A stretch of DNA of 54,864 bases, counting the filler, from Sphacelaria rigidula (Eukaryota), in NCBI GenBank assembly GCA_964200075.2. It is 5 parts of 5 records of this genome, joined end to end, with 100 filler letters (N's around TTAATTAATTAA, not from the genome) between each part and the next. Parts side by side here need not be neighbours in the genome. Positions count along the whole stretch, not along the records: positions 1 to 10,894 come from CAXNAA020005720.1; positions 10,995 to 21,888 come from CAXNAA020005721.1; 3 more parts are not named here. One strand, given 5' to 3'. Made by a program: the position numbers and the translations under genes. Positions 1 to 12,326 of the stretch are shown here, in pieces; positions within the stretch are counted from its first letter, which is position 1; each line of letters begins with the position of its first letter. Under the pieces are notes generated by a model. It was not told where the DNA came from and did no database searches. It saw only the letters and a list, made by a program, of their open reading frames with translations.

Positions 1-136
1 GAACAACCGTTGCTGCTTTCAACGACGACCTGACTCAAAATTTCGTGCAACAAATGGCCCAAAATACCCCCCCTATCGTAGGATGACTCTTACACTTACC
101 AGTTAAAACTGGATAATTCGCAGCGGAGCCGCCTCG

Positions 137-179
137 CGACTCCGCCAGCGTCGCCTGGTAAGGCAACGCGGTGGAGTCG
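137..179. other. GC-rich stem-loop, function unknown
   Basis: cgactccgccagcgtcgcct-ggta-aggcaacgcggtggagtcg; arms pair over ~18 bp allowing G:T and one bulge. Confidence 0.5.
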
Positions 180-577
180 ACTTAATGCGCCCCCCCGGCT
201 GGTGAGGGGGGCCCGCTGGAGGCGCCACCGGAGGCAAGAAAATCACGCCATTTGGCTTCACATATCTTCATAATCGCGGTAAATTCTAGGTTGCCTAGCG
301 CCAGCATTTGGAGCACGTAATCAGTGCACAAAAGTAGATATGCATGGGAAAAAAAACATGTCTCTGAACTTTACGACGTGACTTCAATAAACGAAGCGGT
401 GAGACAAAAGTGCACCATAAATAGCGTCTAGATACATGCGCTGTGCGGTGATGTCGTCGCCTTTGTAGCTGCATTCCCACGGTCATTCTAATATGACAAT
501 ACTTCGGAAATATATATATGAGTATGACACATATTTACACGTAACTCTTTGAAGTATGATACATATGTCGGATAAAA

Positions 578-672
578 TAACTGGTTCAAGTGGTTACCGA
601 ACCGGTCAGTTAACCAGTTGTACCAGTTGATTGTAGCTGACCAGTTAAACTGGCAGCCAGTTCACAACTCTA
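578..672. repeat. CCAGTT/AACTGG-rich block, probable end of a non-autonomous DNA transposon
   Basis: Clustered ccagtt/aactgg motifs ending in cacaactcta; 185-260 also resembles the reverse complement of 46540-46610, which lies beside similar motifs. Confidence 0.35.
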
Positions 673-809
673 CACCAATGTGTTATCCCGTAGGTGCTGC
701 AAACAGACTCCGTTGAGAGCTTAGTCCTTTTGATTCACCTCAGCTTCTTCCACTTCCCGGTTTTTCCTGCCGTCTGCTCCTCCACATTTTTTTACGGTCA
801 CTACGACAA

Positions 810-3800
810 TGCCTCACCTGATAAACTCACCGTCTGATGACCGCATCGGAGTTTTCCGCCATTGGTAGTTAGGCACGATCCAGCCCCATGTTGCCGGTAC
901 CTCGGACTCAGTCTCGCCGCCATTGCGGTAAAACAGCAAGTGACGACACCCAGTCACCGCCCGATAATGGCATAGGAGTTGCTGCTGAACGGCGCCTGGT
1001 CCTGTTGCCGCACGCAAGTAGGAAGGAACGACCCAGCCCAACATTGCCGGTACCCCGGGGCCCGATTTCGCCGCCATTGGGGTTGAATAACGAATGAAGA
1101 CATCCAGTCACCGTCCGATGGTGGCATCGGAGTTGCTGCCCACCGGCGCCTGGTCCGGTTGCTGCACGCAAGTAGGATGGCAAAATCATGCCCCATGTTG
1201 CCGGTACCCCGGAGCCCGGTCTCGCCGCCGTGGTGGTAAAATAACAAATGGAAACATCCAGTCACCGTCCGACAATGGCATCAGAGTTGCTCCCGACCGG
1301 CGCCTGGTCCGGTTGCTGCATGCAAGTAGGAAGGCAGGATTCAGCCCCATGTCGCTGGTACCCTGGGGCCCGGTCTCGCCGCCATTGCGGTTAAATAGCG
1401 AATGGAAATAAATGAAACCAGGCAGTCACCGCCATAATGACATAGGAGTTTCTGCTGACCGGCGTCTATGTTTGCCGCACGAACGTGGATAGGCACGACC
1501 CAGCCCAACAGTGCCGGTACCCTGGGGCCCGGTCTCGCCGCCATTGCGGTGTAATGAAAAATGGAGATATCCAGTGACTGTCCGATGATGGTATCGGAGT
1601 TGCTGCCAACAGGTGTCAAGTCCTGTTGCTGTACGAACGTAGGAAGGAACGTACAGCCCAACACTGCCGGTACTCCGGGGCCCGGTCTCGCCGCCATTGC
1701 GGCAAAATAGCAAATGTAAACATCCAGTGACTGTCCGATGATGGCATCGGAGTTGCTGCCAACCGGTGCCTGATTCTGTTGCTGCACGAACGTAGATAGG
1801 CACGATCAAGCCCCATGTTGCCGGTGCCCCGGAGTCCGGTCTCGCCGCCATTGCGGTATAATGACAAATGGAAACATCCAGGTAACGTCCGATGATGGCA
1901 TCGGAGTTGCTGCCAACAGGTGTCTGGTCCTCTTGCTGCACGCAAGTAGATAGGCACAATCCAGTCCCATGTTGCCGGTATTCCGGGTTCCGGTCCCGCC
2001 GTCATTGCGGTATAATGACGGATGGAAACAACCAGACACCGTCCGACAAGGACATCAAAATTGCTGCCGACAGGTGTCTGCAATCCCGTTGCCCGGACGA
2101 ACGTAGATACGCACGACCCAGCCCCATGTTGCCGGTACCCCGGGGGCTGGTCTCGCCGCCCTTGCGGGAAAATAGGAAATGGAAACATCTAGTCACCGTC
2201 AGATAATGGCATCGGAGTTGCAGCCAACGGGTGTCTGCAGTCCCGTTGCCCGGACGAACGTAGATACGCACGACCCAGCCCCATGTTGCCGGTACCCCGG
2301 GGGCTGGTCTCGCCGCCATTGCGGTAAAAAAAGAAGTGGTAACATCCAGTCACCGTCCCATGGTGGCATCGGAGTTGCTGCCAACAGGTGTCTGGTCCTG
2401 TTGCTGCACGAACGTAGATACGCACGACCGAGCTCAACATCGCCGTTACCCCGAGACCCGGTGTCGCCGCCATTGCGGTATAATAGCAAATAAAAACATC
2501 CAGTCACCGTTCGATGATGGTATCGGAGTTGCTGCCAACAGGGTTCTGGTCCTGTTGTCACATGAACATAGATACGCACGACCGAGCTCAACATCGCCGT
2601 TACCCCGAGACCCGGTCTCGCCGCCATTACGGTATAATAGCAAATGAAAACATCCAGTCACCGTTCGATGATGGTATCGGAGTTGCTGCCAACAGGGTTC
2701 TGGTCCTGTTGCTACATGAACATAGATACGCACGACCGAGCCCAACATTGCCGTTACCCCGAGGCCCGGTCTCGCCGCCATTGCGGTATAATAGCAAATG
2801 AAAACATCCAATCACCGTCAGCGGATGGCATCGAAGTTGCAGCCGACCGGTGTCTGCAGCCCCGTTGCCCGGACGAACGTAGATATGCACGACCCAGCCC
2901 CATGCTGCCGGTACCCGGGGGCTGGTCTCGCCGCCATTGCGGTAGAATGACGGATGAAAACAACTAGACACCGTCCGATAAGGACTTCAGAATTTCTGCC
3001 GACAGGTGTCTGCAGCCCCGTTGCCCGGACGAACGTAGATACGCACGACCCAGCCCAACATTGCCGGCACCCCGGAGCTGGTGTCGCCGCCACTGCGGTA
3101 AAATAGGAAATGAAAGATTTCCAGTCACCGTCAGATGATGGTATTGGAGTTGCTGCCAACGGGTGTATGGTCCTGTTGCTGCACGAACTTAGATACGCAC
3201 GACCCAGCCCCATGTTGCCGGTACCCCGGGGGCTGGTCCCGCCGCCATTGCGGTAAAAAAATAAATTGGAACATCCAGTCACCGTCCGATGATGGCATCG
3301 GAGTTGCTGCCAACAGGTGTCTGGTCCTCTTGCTGCACGAACGTAGATAGGCACGATCAAGCTCGACATTGCCGGTACTCCGGGGCCCGGTCCGGCCGCC
3401 ATTGCGGTAAAACAACAAATGAAACATCCAGTCACCCTCCGATGGTGACATCGGAGTTGCTGTCGACGGGCGTCTGGTCCCGTTTGCTGCACGGATGTAG
3501 ATATGGATGACTCAGCCGAACAATACCGGTATCCCGGGGCCCGATCTCGCTGCCATTGCGGTAAAGTAACAAATGAAAACATCCAGTCATCGTTCGATGG
3601 TGGCATCGGAGTTGCCGCTAACCGGCGTCAGGTCCTGTTGCCGCACGAACGTAGATAGGCACGATCCAGCCCCATACTGCTGGTACTTCAAGACCAGGTC
3701 TCGCCGCCATGGTGGTGAAATAACAAGTGGAAACAAGATCAAGCTCAACATTGCCGGTACTTAGAGGCCCGGTCTCGCCGCCATTGCGGTAAAACAACAA

Positions 3801-6800
3801 ATAAGAGACATCCAGTCACCGTCTGTGAATGACATCGGGGTTGCTGCCGACCGACGTACGGTCCTGTTGCTGCACAATCGTAGGACGGCACGATCAAGCC
3901 AAACCTCGCAGGTACCCCGCGGCCCGGTCTCGCCGCCATTGCGGCGAAATAACAAATGAAAGACGTCCAGTCACCCTCCGATGGTGGCATCGGAGTTGCT
4001 GTCAACTGGCGTCTGGTCCCATTTGCTGCACGAAAGTAGATATGGACGACCCAGCCGAACATTGCCAGTATCCCAGGGTCCGATCTCGCCGTCATTGCAG
4101 TAAAATAACAACATGAAAACATCCAGTCACCGTGAGAGTGTGGCATGGGAGTTGCTGCTAACCGGGGCCCGGTCCTGTTGCTGCACTCACGTAGATAGGC
4201 AAGATCAAGCCGCATGTTGCCGTTACGCCGGGGCCTGGTCTCGCCGTCATTGCAGTAAAATAACAACATGAAAACATCCAGTCACCGTGAGAGTGTGGCA
4301 TCAGAGTTGCTGCTAACCGGCGCCCGGTCCTGTTGCTGCACTCACGTAGATAGGCACGATCCACCCGCATGTTGCCGTTACGCCGGGGCCTGGTCTCGCC
4401 GCCATTGCGGTAAAATATCAGATGAAAACATCCAGTCACCGTCCGATGGTGGCATCAGAGTTCCTCCTAGCCGGGGTCTGGTCCTGTTGCTGCACGAACG
4501 TAGATACGCACGATCATGCCGCATGTTGCCGGTACCCCGGAGCCCGGTCTAGCCCCCATAGCGGTAAAATAACAAGTGGAAACAAGTCAAACCAGACAGT
4601 CACCGTCTGTGAATGACATCGGAGTTGCTGCCGACCGGCATACGATCCTGTTGCTGTACGACCGTAGATACGCACGATCAAGCCCAACATCGCCGGTACC
4701 TCGCAGCCCGATCTCGCCGCCATTGCGGCGAAATGACAAATGAAAACATCCAGTCACCGTTCGATGGTGGCATCGGAGTTGCTGCCAACAGGTGTATGGT
4801 CCCGTTGCCCGGAAGAACGTAGATATGCACGACGCAGCTCGATATTGCCGGTACTCCGAGACCCGATGTCGCCGCCCCTGCGGTGAAACAACAAATGAAA
4901 CGAAACAGTCACCGTCCCATGGTGGCATCAGAGTTGCTTACACCAGCGCCCGGTCCTGTTGCTGCACGAACGTAGATAGGCACGATCAAGCCGTATGTTG
5001 CCGGTACGCCGGGGCTCGGACTCGCCGATATTTGCGGTAAAATGACAAATGGAAACGATTCCAACCAGGCAGTCACCGTCCGATGGTGGCATCAGAGTTG
5101 CTGCCGACCTGCGTCGTGTCTGGTCCCGTTTGCTGCATGAACGTAGATAGGCACGATCATGCCGCATGTTGCCGGTACGCCGGAGCCCGGTCTCGCCGCC
5201 ATGACGGTAAAATAACAAAATGTAACAAGTTCAGCCCGAGATTCACCATCCGATGATGGCACCGGAGTTGCTGCCAACCGGCGTCTGGTCCCGTTTGCTG
5301 CATGATCGTAGATTGGCACGATCATGCCATATGTTGCTGGTACCCCGGAGCCCGGTCTAGCCGCCATTGCGGCAAAACAACAAGTGGAAACAAGTCAAAC
5401 CAGACAGTCACCGTCTGTGACTGACATCGGAGTTGCTGCCGACCGGCGCCTGATTATGTTGTTGCACGAACGTAGATACGCACGATCAAGCCTAACATCG
5501 CCGATACCCCGCGGCCCGGTCTCGCCGCCATTGCGGCGAAATAACAAAGGAAAACATCCAGTCACCGTTCGATGAGGGAATCGGAGTTGCTGCCAACAGG
5601 GTTCTGGTCCCGTTGCCCGGACGAACGTAGATATGCACGACGCAGCTCGACATTGCCGGTACTCCGAGGCCCGGTGTCGCCGCCACTGCGTTGAGACAAC
5701 AGAAAACGATAACCAATCACCGTTCGATGGTGGCATCGGAGTTCCTGTCAACCGGCGCCCGGCCTTGTTGCTGCACGAACGTAGATAGGCACGATCAAGC
5801 GGCACGTTGCCGGTAAGCCGGGGCTCGGACTCGCCGCCATTGCGGTAAAATAACAAATGGAAATGAATGCAACCATGCAGTCACCGTCCGATGGTGGCAT
5901 CGAAGTTGCTGCCAACCTGCGTCTGGTCCTGTTGCTGCATGAACGTTGAGAGGCACGATCATGCCGCATGTTGCCAGTACCCCGGTGCCCGATCTAGCCG
6001 CCATGACAGTAAAAAAACAACATTAAACAAGTTCAACCCGAGAGTCACCATCCGATGATGGCATCGGAGTTGCTGCCAACTTTCGTCTGGTCTCGTTTGC
6101 TGCACGATCGTAGATGGGCACGATCATGCCGCATGTAGACGGGACGACGGGGCTCGGTCTCATAGCCATTGCGGTATAATATAAACAGAAGACATCTAGT
6201 CACCGTGCGAATGTGGCATCAGAGTTGCCGCCGACCTGCGTCTGGTCCTGTTGCTGCACCGACGTAAATAGGCACGTTCACGCCGCATGTTGCCGGTACT
6301 CCGAGGCCCGGTCTAGCCGCCATGGCGGTGAAACAACAAGGGGAAACAAATCAAAGCGGACAATCACCGTCTGTGAATGACATCGGAGTTGCTGCCGACC
6401 GGCGCCAGATTCTGTTGTTGCACGACCGTAGATAGGCACGATCACTCCCCACATCGCCGGTACCCCGCGGCCCGGTCTCGCCGCCATTGCCGCGAAATGA
6501 CAAATAGAAGCATCCAGTGACCGTTCGATGGTGGCATCGGGGTTGCTGCCAACAGGTGTATGGTCCTGTTGCCCGGACGAACGGAGATATGCACGACCAA
6601 GCTCGACATTGCCAGTACTCCGAGACCCGGTGTCGCCGCTACTGCGGTAAAGCAAAAAAAGAAGACAGTCACCGTTCGATGGTGGCATCGGAGTTGCTGC
6701 CAACAGATGTATGGTCCCGTTGCCCGGACGAACGGAGATATGCACGACCAAGCTCGACATTGTCGGTACTCCGAGACCCGGTGTCGCCGCCACTGCGGTT

Positions 6801-9800
6801 AAACAACAAATGAAACGAAACAGTCACCGTTCGATGGTGGCATCGGAGTTGCTGCCGACAGGTGTATGGTCCCCTTGCCCAGACGAACGAAGATAGGCAC
6901 GACACGCTCGACATTGCCGGTACTCCGAGACCCGGTGTCGCCGTCACTGCGGCGAAACGACAAGAAGAAAAAGCAATCACCGTTCGATGGTGGCATCGGA
7001 GTTGCTGCCGACAGGTGTATGGTCCCGTTGCGCGGACGAATGTAGATATGCACGACGCAGCTCGACATTGTCGGTACTCCGAGACCCGGTGTCGCCGCCA
7101 CTGCGGTGAAAGGACAAATGAAACATCCAGTCACCGTCCCATCGTGGGATCAAAGTTGGTGTCAACCAGCGCCCGGTCCTGTTGCTGAACGAACGTAGAT
7201 AGGCACGATCATGCCCGACATCGCCGGTATCCCGCATCCCGGTCTCGCCGCCATTGCCGCAAAATGACATATGGAAGCATCCGGTGACACGCGATGGTGG
7301 CATCGGAGTTGCTGCCAACAGGTATATGGTTCCGTTGCCCGGACGAACGGAGATATGCACGACGCAGCTCGACATTGCCGGTACTCCAAGACCTGGTGTC
7401 GCCGCCACTGCGGTGAAACGACAAATGAAACATCCAGTCACCGTCCCATCGTGGCATCAAGGTTGATGTCAACCAGCGCCCGGTTCCGTTGCTGCACGAA
7501 CGTAGATAAGCACGATCACGCCCGACATCGCCGGTACCCCGCATCCCGGTCTCGCCGCCATTGCAGCAAAATGACAAATGAAAGCATCCAGTGACACGCG
7601 ATGGTGGCATCGGAGTTACTGCCAACAGGTGTACGGTCCCGTTGCCCGGACGAACATAGATAGGCACGACGCAGCTCGACATTGCCGGTACTCCGAGACC
7701 CGGTGTCGCCGCCACTACGGCAAAATGACGATAAAAGACAACCTGTCACCGATCAATGGTGGCATCGGAGTTGCTGCCGACAGATGTACGGTTCCGTTGC
7801 CCAGACGAACGTAGATAGGCACGACGCAGCTCGACATTGCCGGTACTCCGAGACCCGGTGTCGCCGCCATTGCGGAAAAAAAACGGAGAAAACAGTCACC
7901 GTTCGATGGTGGCATCGGAGTTGCTGCCGACAGGTGTGTGGTCTCGTTGCCCGGACGAACGTAGATATGCACGACGCAGCTCGACATTGCCGGTACTTCG
8001 AGACCCGGTGTCGCCGTCACTGCGGTGAAACAACAAATGAAGTATCCAGTCACCGTCTTATCGTGGCATCGGAGCTGCTGCCAACAGGTGTATGGTCCCG
8101 TCGCCCGGACGAACGAAGATATGCACGACGCAGCTCGACATTGCTGGTACTCCACAATCCGGTGTCGCTGCCATTGCGGTGAAACAACAAATGAAACATC
8201 CAGTCACCGTCACATCGTGGAATCAAAGATGCTGTCAACCAGTGTCCGGTTTTGTTGCTGCACGAACGTAAATAAGCATGATCACGCCCGACATCGCCGG
8301 TACCCCGCATCCTGGTATCGCCGCCATTGCCGCAAAATGACGAATGAAATCATCCAGTGACCGTTCGATGGTGGCATCGGAGTTGCTGCCGACAGGTGTA
8401 TGGTCCCATTGCCCAGACAAATGTAGATATGCACGACGCAGCTCGACATTGCTGGTACTCCGAGACCCGGTGTCGCCGCCATTGCGGTAATGAGACTAGA
8501 ACAAAAGTCGCCGTTCGATGGAAGAACGGAAGTTGCTGCCGACAGGTGTATGGTCCCGTTGCCCGGACGAACGGAGATATGCACGACGCAGCTCGACATT
8601 GCCGGTACTCCAAGACCCGGTGTCGCCGGCACCGCGGTAAAACAACAAATGAAACACCCAGTCACCGTCCCATCGTGGCATCAAAGTCGCTGTCAACCAG
8701 CGCCCGGTTTTATTGCTGCACGAACGTAGGTAGGCACGATCCACCCGTATGTCGCCAATACGCCGGGGCTCGGTCTCACCGCGATTGCGGTAAAACAACA
8801 AATGGAAACGAACTCAACCAGGCAGTCACCGTCCGATGGTGGCATCAGAGTTGCTGCCGACCTGCGTCTGGTCCTGTTGCTGCACGAACGTGGATGGGCA
8901 CGGTCACGCCGCATATTGCCGGTACTCCGAGGCCCGGTCTAGCCGCCATGGCGGTGAAACAACAAGTGGAAACAAGTCAAACCAGACAGTTACCGTCTGT
9001 GAATGGCATCGGAGTTGCTGCCGACCGGCGCCTGATTCTGTTGCTGCACGAACGTAGATGGGCACGATCACTCCCCACATCGCCGGTACCCCGCATCCCG
9101 GTCTCGTCGCCATTGCCGCGAAATGACAAATGAAAACATCCAGTCACCATTCGATGGTGGCATCGGAGTTGCTGCCAACAGGTGTATGGTCCTGTTGCAC
9201 GGACGAACGTAGATATGCACGACGCAGCTCGACATTGCCGGTACTCCAAGACCCCGTGTAGCCGCCACTGCTGCGATATGACAAAAAACACAAACGAGTC
9301 ATCGTTCGATGTTGGCATCGGAGTTGCTGCAGACAGATGTATGGTCCCGTTGCCCAGACAAACGTAGATATGCACGACGCAGCCCGACATCGCCGGTACT
9401 CCGAGACCCGGCGTCGCCGCCATTGCGGTTATGAGACAAAAACAAAAGCTACCGTTCGATGGTGACATCGGAGTTGCTGCCGACAGGTGTATGGTCCCGT
9501 TGCCCGGACGAACGTAGATAGGCACGAGGCAGCTCGACATTGCCGGTACTCCAAGACCCGGTGTCGCCGTCACTGCGGTAAAACAACAAATGAAACATCC
9601 AGTCACCGTCCGAACGTCGAATCGAAGTCGCTGTCAACCTGCGCACGGTCCTGTTGCTGCACGAACGTAGATAGGCACGATTCAGCCGCATGTCGCCAAC
9701 ACGCCGGGGCTCGGTCTCACCGCGATTACGGTAAAATAACATATGGAAACGAATCACCGTCCGATGGTGGCATCAGAGTTGCTGCCGACCTGCGTCTGGT

Positions 9801-10894
9801 CCTGTTACTGCACGAACGAGAATGGGCACGTTCACGCCGCATATTGCCGGTACTCGGAGGCCCGGTCTGGCCGCCATGGCAGTAAAACAACAAGTGGAAA
9901 GAATCAAACCAGACAGTCACCGTCTGTGAATGACATCGGAGGTGCTGCCGACCGGCGCCTGATCATGTTGTTACACGAAAGTAGTTACGCACGATCGAGC
10001 CCAAAATCGCCGGTACCCCGCATCCCTGCTTCGCCGCCATTGCCGCATATCACGGATGAAAACATCCCGTCACCATTCGATGGTTGCACCGGAGTTGCTG
10101 CCAACAGGTGTATGGTCCAGTCGCCCGGACAAACGGAGATATGCACGACGGAGCTCGACATTGCCTGTACTCCGAGACCCGGTGTCGCCGCCACTGAGCG
10201 AAATAACAAAAAAAGACAATCAGTCACCGTTCGATGATGGCATCGGAGTTGCTGCCGACAGGTATATTGTCCCGTTGCCCGGACGAACGGAGATATGCAC
10301 GACGCAGCTCGACATTGCCGGTACTCCGAGACCCGGTGTCGCCGCCACTGCGGTGAAACAACAAATGAAACATCCAGTCGCCGTCCCATCGTGGCATCAA
10401 AGTCGCTGTCAACCAGCGCCCGGTCCTGTTGCTGCACGAACGTAGATAGGCACGATCCACCCGCATGTCGCCGGTACGCCGGGGCTCGGTCTCCCCGCGA
10501 TTGCGGTAAAACAACAAATGGAAACGAACTCAACCAGGCAGTCACCGTCCGATGGTGGCATCAGAGTTGCTGCCGACCTGCGTCTGGTCCTGTTGCTGCA
10601 CGAACGTAGATGGGCACGGTCACGCCGCATATTGCCGGTACTCCGAGGCCCGATCTAGCCGCCATGGCGGTGAAACAGCATGTGGAAACAAATCAAACCA
10701 GACAGTCACCGTCTGGGAATGACATCGGAGTTGCTGCCTACCGGCGCCTGATTCTGTTGCTGCACGAACGTAGATAGGCACGATCACTCCCCACATCGCC
10801 GGTACCCCGCATCCCGGTCTCGCCGCCATTGCCGCGAAATGACAAATGAAAGCATCCAGTGACCGTTCGATGGTGGCATCGGAGTTGCTGCCGA
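810..10894. repeat. ~154-bp tandem satellite array (~65 monomers), cut by contig end
   Basis: Motif catccagtcaccgt..gatggtggcatcggagttgctgcc recurs at ~1101, 1256, 1721, 1875, 2343, 2497, 2651, 2805 ... 10853, spacing mostly 152-156 bp, some ~165-167 bp. Confidence 0.97.
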
Positions 10895-10994
10895 NNNNNN
10901 NNNNNNNNNNNNNNNNNNNNNNNNNNNNNNNNNNNNNNTTAATTAATTAANNNNNNNNNNNNNNNNNNNNNNNNNNNNNNNNNNNNNNNNNNNN
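10895..10994. other. Artificial contig spacer
   Basis: 44 N + TTAATTAATTAA + 44 N = 100 bp; linker has stops in all six frames. Confidence 0.98.
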
Positions 10995-11029
10995 GGGAGG
11001 GGGGGAGGCGGGCGGGGGGGGGTGGCCCG

Positions 11030-11260
11030 GGCTACTCATGATCCTGCTTGCTGTAGTCATAAGATCGTTGGCCTCGCATTCCTACAAACTTGGGAGGGAG
11101 GACACCGGGTTTTTGCCGAACCAGGCTCGCAATCACCAAGCGCGAAGCGCCGTGATGTTTTCGGCGAGTCGCACGAGTGGTGACCTGCATGCTTGCTTAG
11201 ACTAATTATCGTGCAAATGGATGACAGCCTCCATTAAGCTGCTTCGTTTTCTGGTATCGC
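11030..11260 (-). mobile_element. Dispersed repeat family G (G/C-tract-associated retroposon-like), long copy
   Basis: tactcatgatc...caccaagcgcgaagcgccgtgatg...ggatgacagcctcca matches 28750-28990, 36060-36270 and revcomp 27780-27995; abuts G-rich tract 10995-11025; strand inferred. Confidence 0.75.
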
Positions 11261-12326
11261 GACTTTCAGAGACAGCCACGACTTACACCAAGTCGTGGGT
11301 GTTTCACCATTTATCAGGGGCGGGGGTCACTTCTTCTAGCGAACGTACGCTTCCAAGGTGCATAAAGTTACTCTTCGTCAACTGGTACAGCTTTCACTGA
11401 AAATCCCCCACCCCCAGGCGTTTGATTGATCCTTTTCATGAGAGGTCAGCCAAGGTGCACAGTGATTTCTGCTTTGCCCACGTTGTACAAGGATGTAATT
11501 CATGGACCAAAGGTGGCTGTGGAGTTGTGAGAAAAGCGGGAGAAGCCTGTTATGAAAGAAGGAGGAAAACATGAGTCGCAATGATCTTCACACTAGCCCA
11601 AACGATCAAAAATCGATCATACGAATGACGACATGGTAGCACACACGTGCCGTTTACAGGACACTTGGATGATTGAGAACCTGGTACACCTTCCCAAGTA
11701 GTTATTCATGCTTTCCATCATCGCGCTGGTGATTTGCGCCGTATGTAACTTGTGCTGTGTGTGTCTGAAGCTAAGCGTGACCGCGAGCTTGGCCGTGCTT
11801 GTAGATATCTGCAGAATAAATGGCAGCGTCCACCACCGTGTTCCCTTCATAGCCTTCGTAGCTACACGCATACCGATTCATACATGTCAGCTACTCGTCC
11901 ACCAGCAAGTGAAGAGTCAAATCTAGTTCACAATGAGCGCGGTACAGTGACTCACACCGCTGTTCCAGCAAAACGCAGTACTGCCAGCATCTACAACGAG
12001 CATGGGTACTCCTGCGCACGTCCCAGCACGCGGCTATTCTTCGGCAGCTAAACAGATACTGTATTCTAGTTTTCGCCGACTCGAGATACACCGCTAGCGT
12101 ATGTTCAATTCTCACATGGCTGTCTTGTTTCATTTGTGTAGCGGTCCTCATACTCTCGTTACACCATGGTTTGTCATGCACTCATTCTTTTAGTGCCAAG
12201 CATAGTTGGCATAAAACTAACCCCAATGGCATTGCTGTACAGTAGCCAAGCCCCCCCCGATCCCCCCCCCCCTCCCCGCCTTTCTCCACCTGAAAACGAA
12301 CACATCGAAACAAATAAATCAAACAG

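Noticed and set aside
830-860. Hammerhead ribozyme/retrozyme (CTGATGA here and at ~29506)
   Set aside because: No GAAA after a stem II; motif not conserved in other copies
810-10894. CRISPR-like array or repeat-protein gene
   Set aside because: Variable segments are homologous variants, not unique spacers; no cas genes; the 154-bp period is not a multiple of 3 and the many ORFs shift frame every unit
10939-10950. TTAATTAATTAA as a biological motif
   Set aside because: Identical and centred in each N spacer; artificial six-frame stop linker
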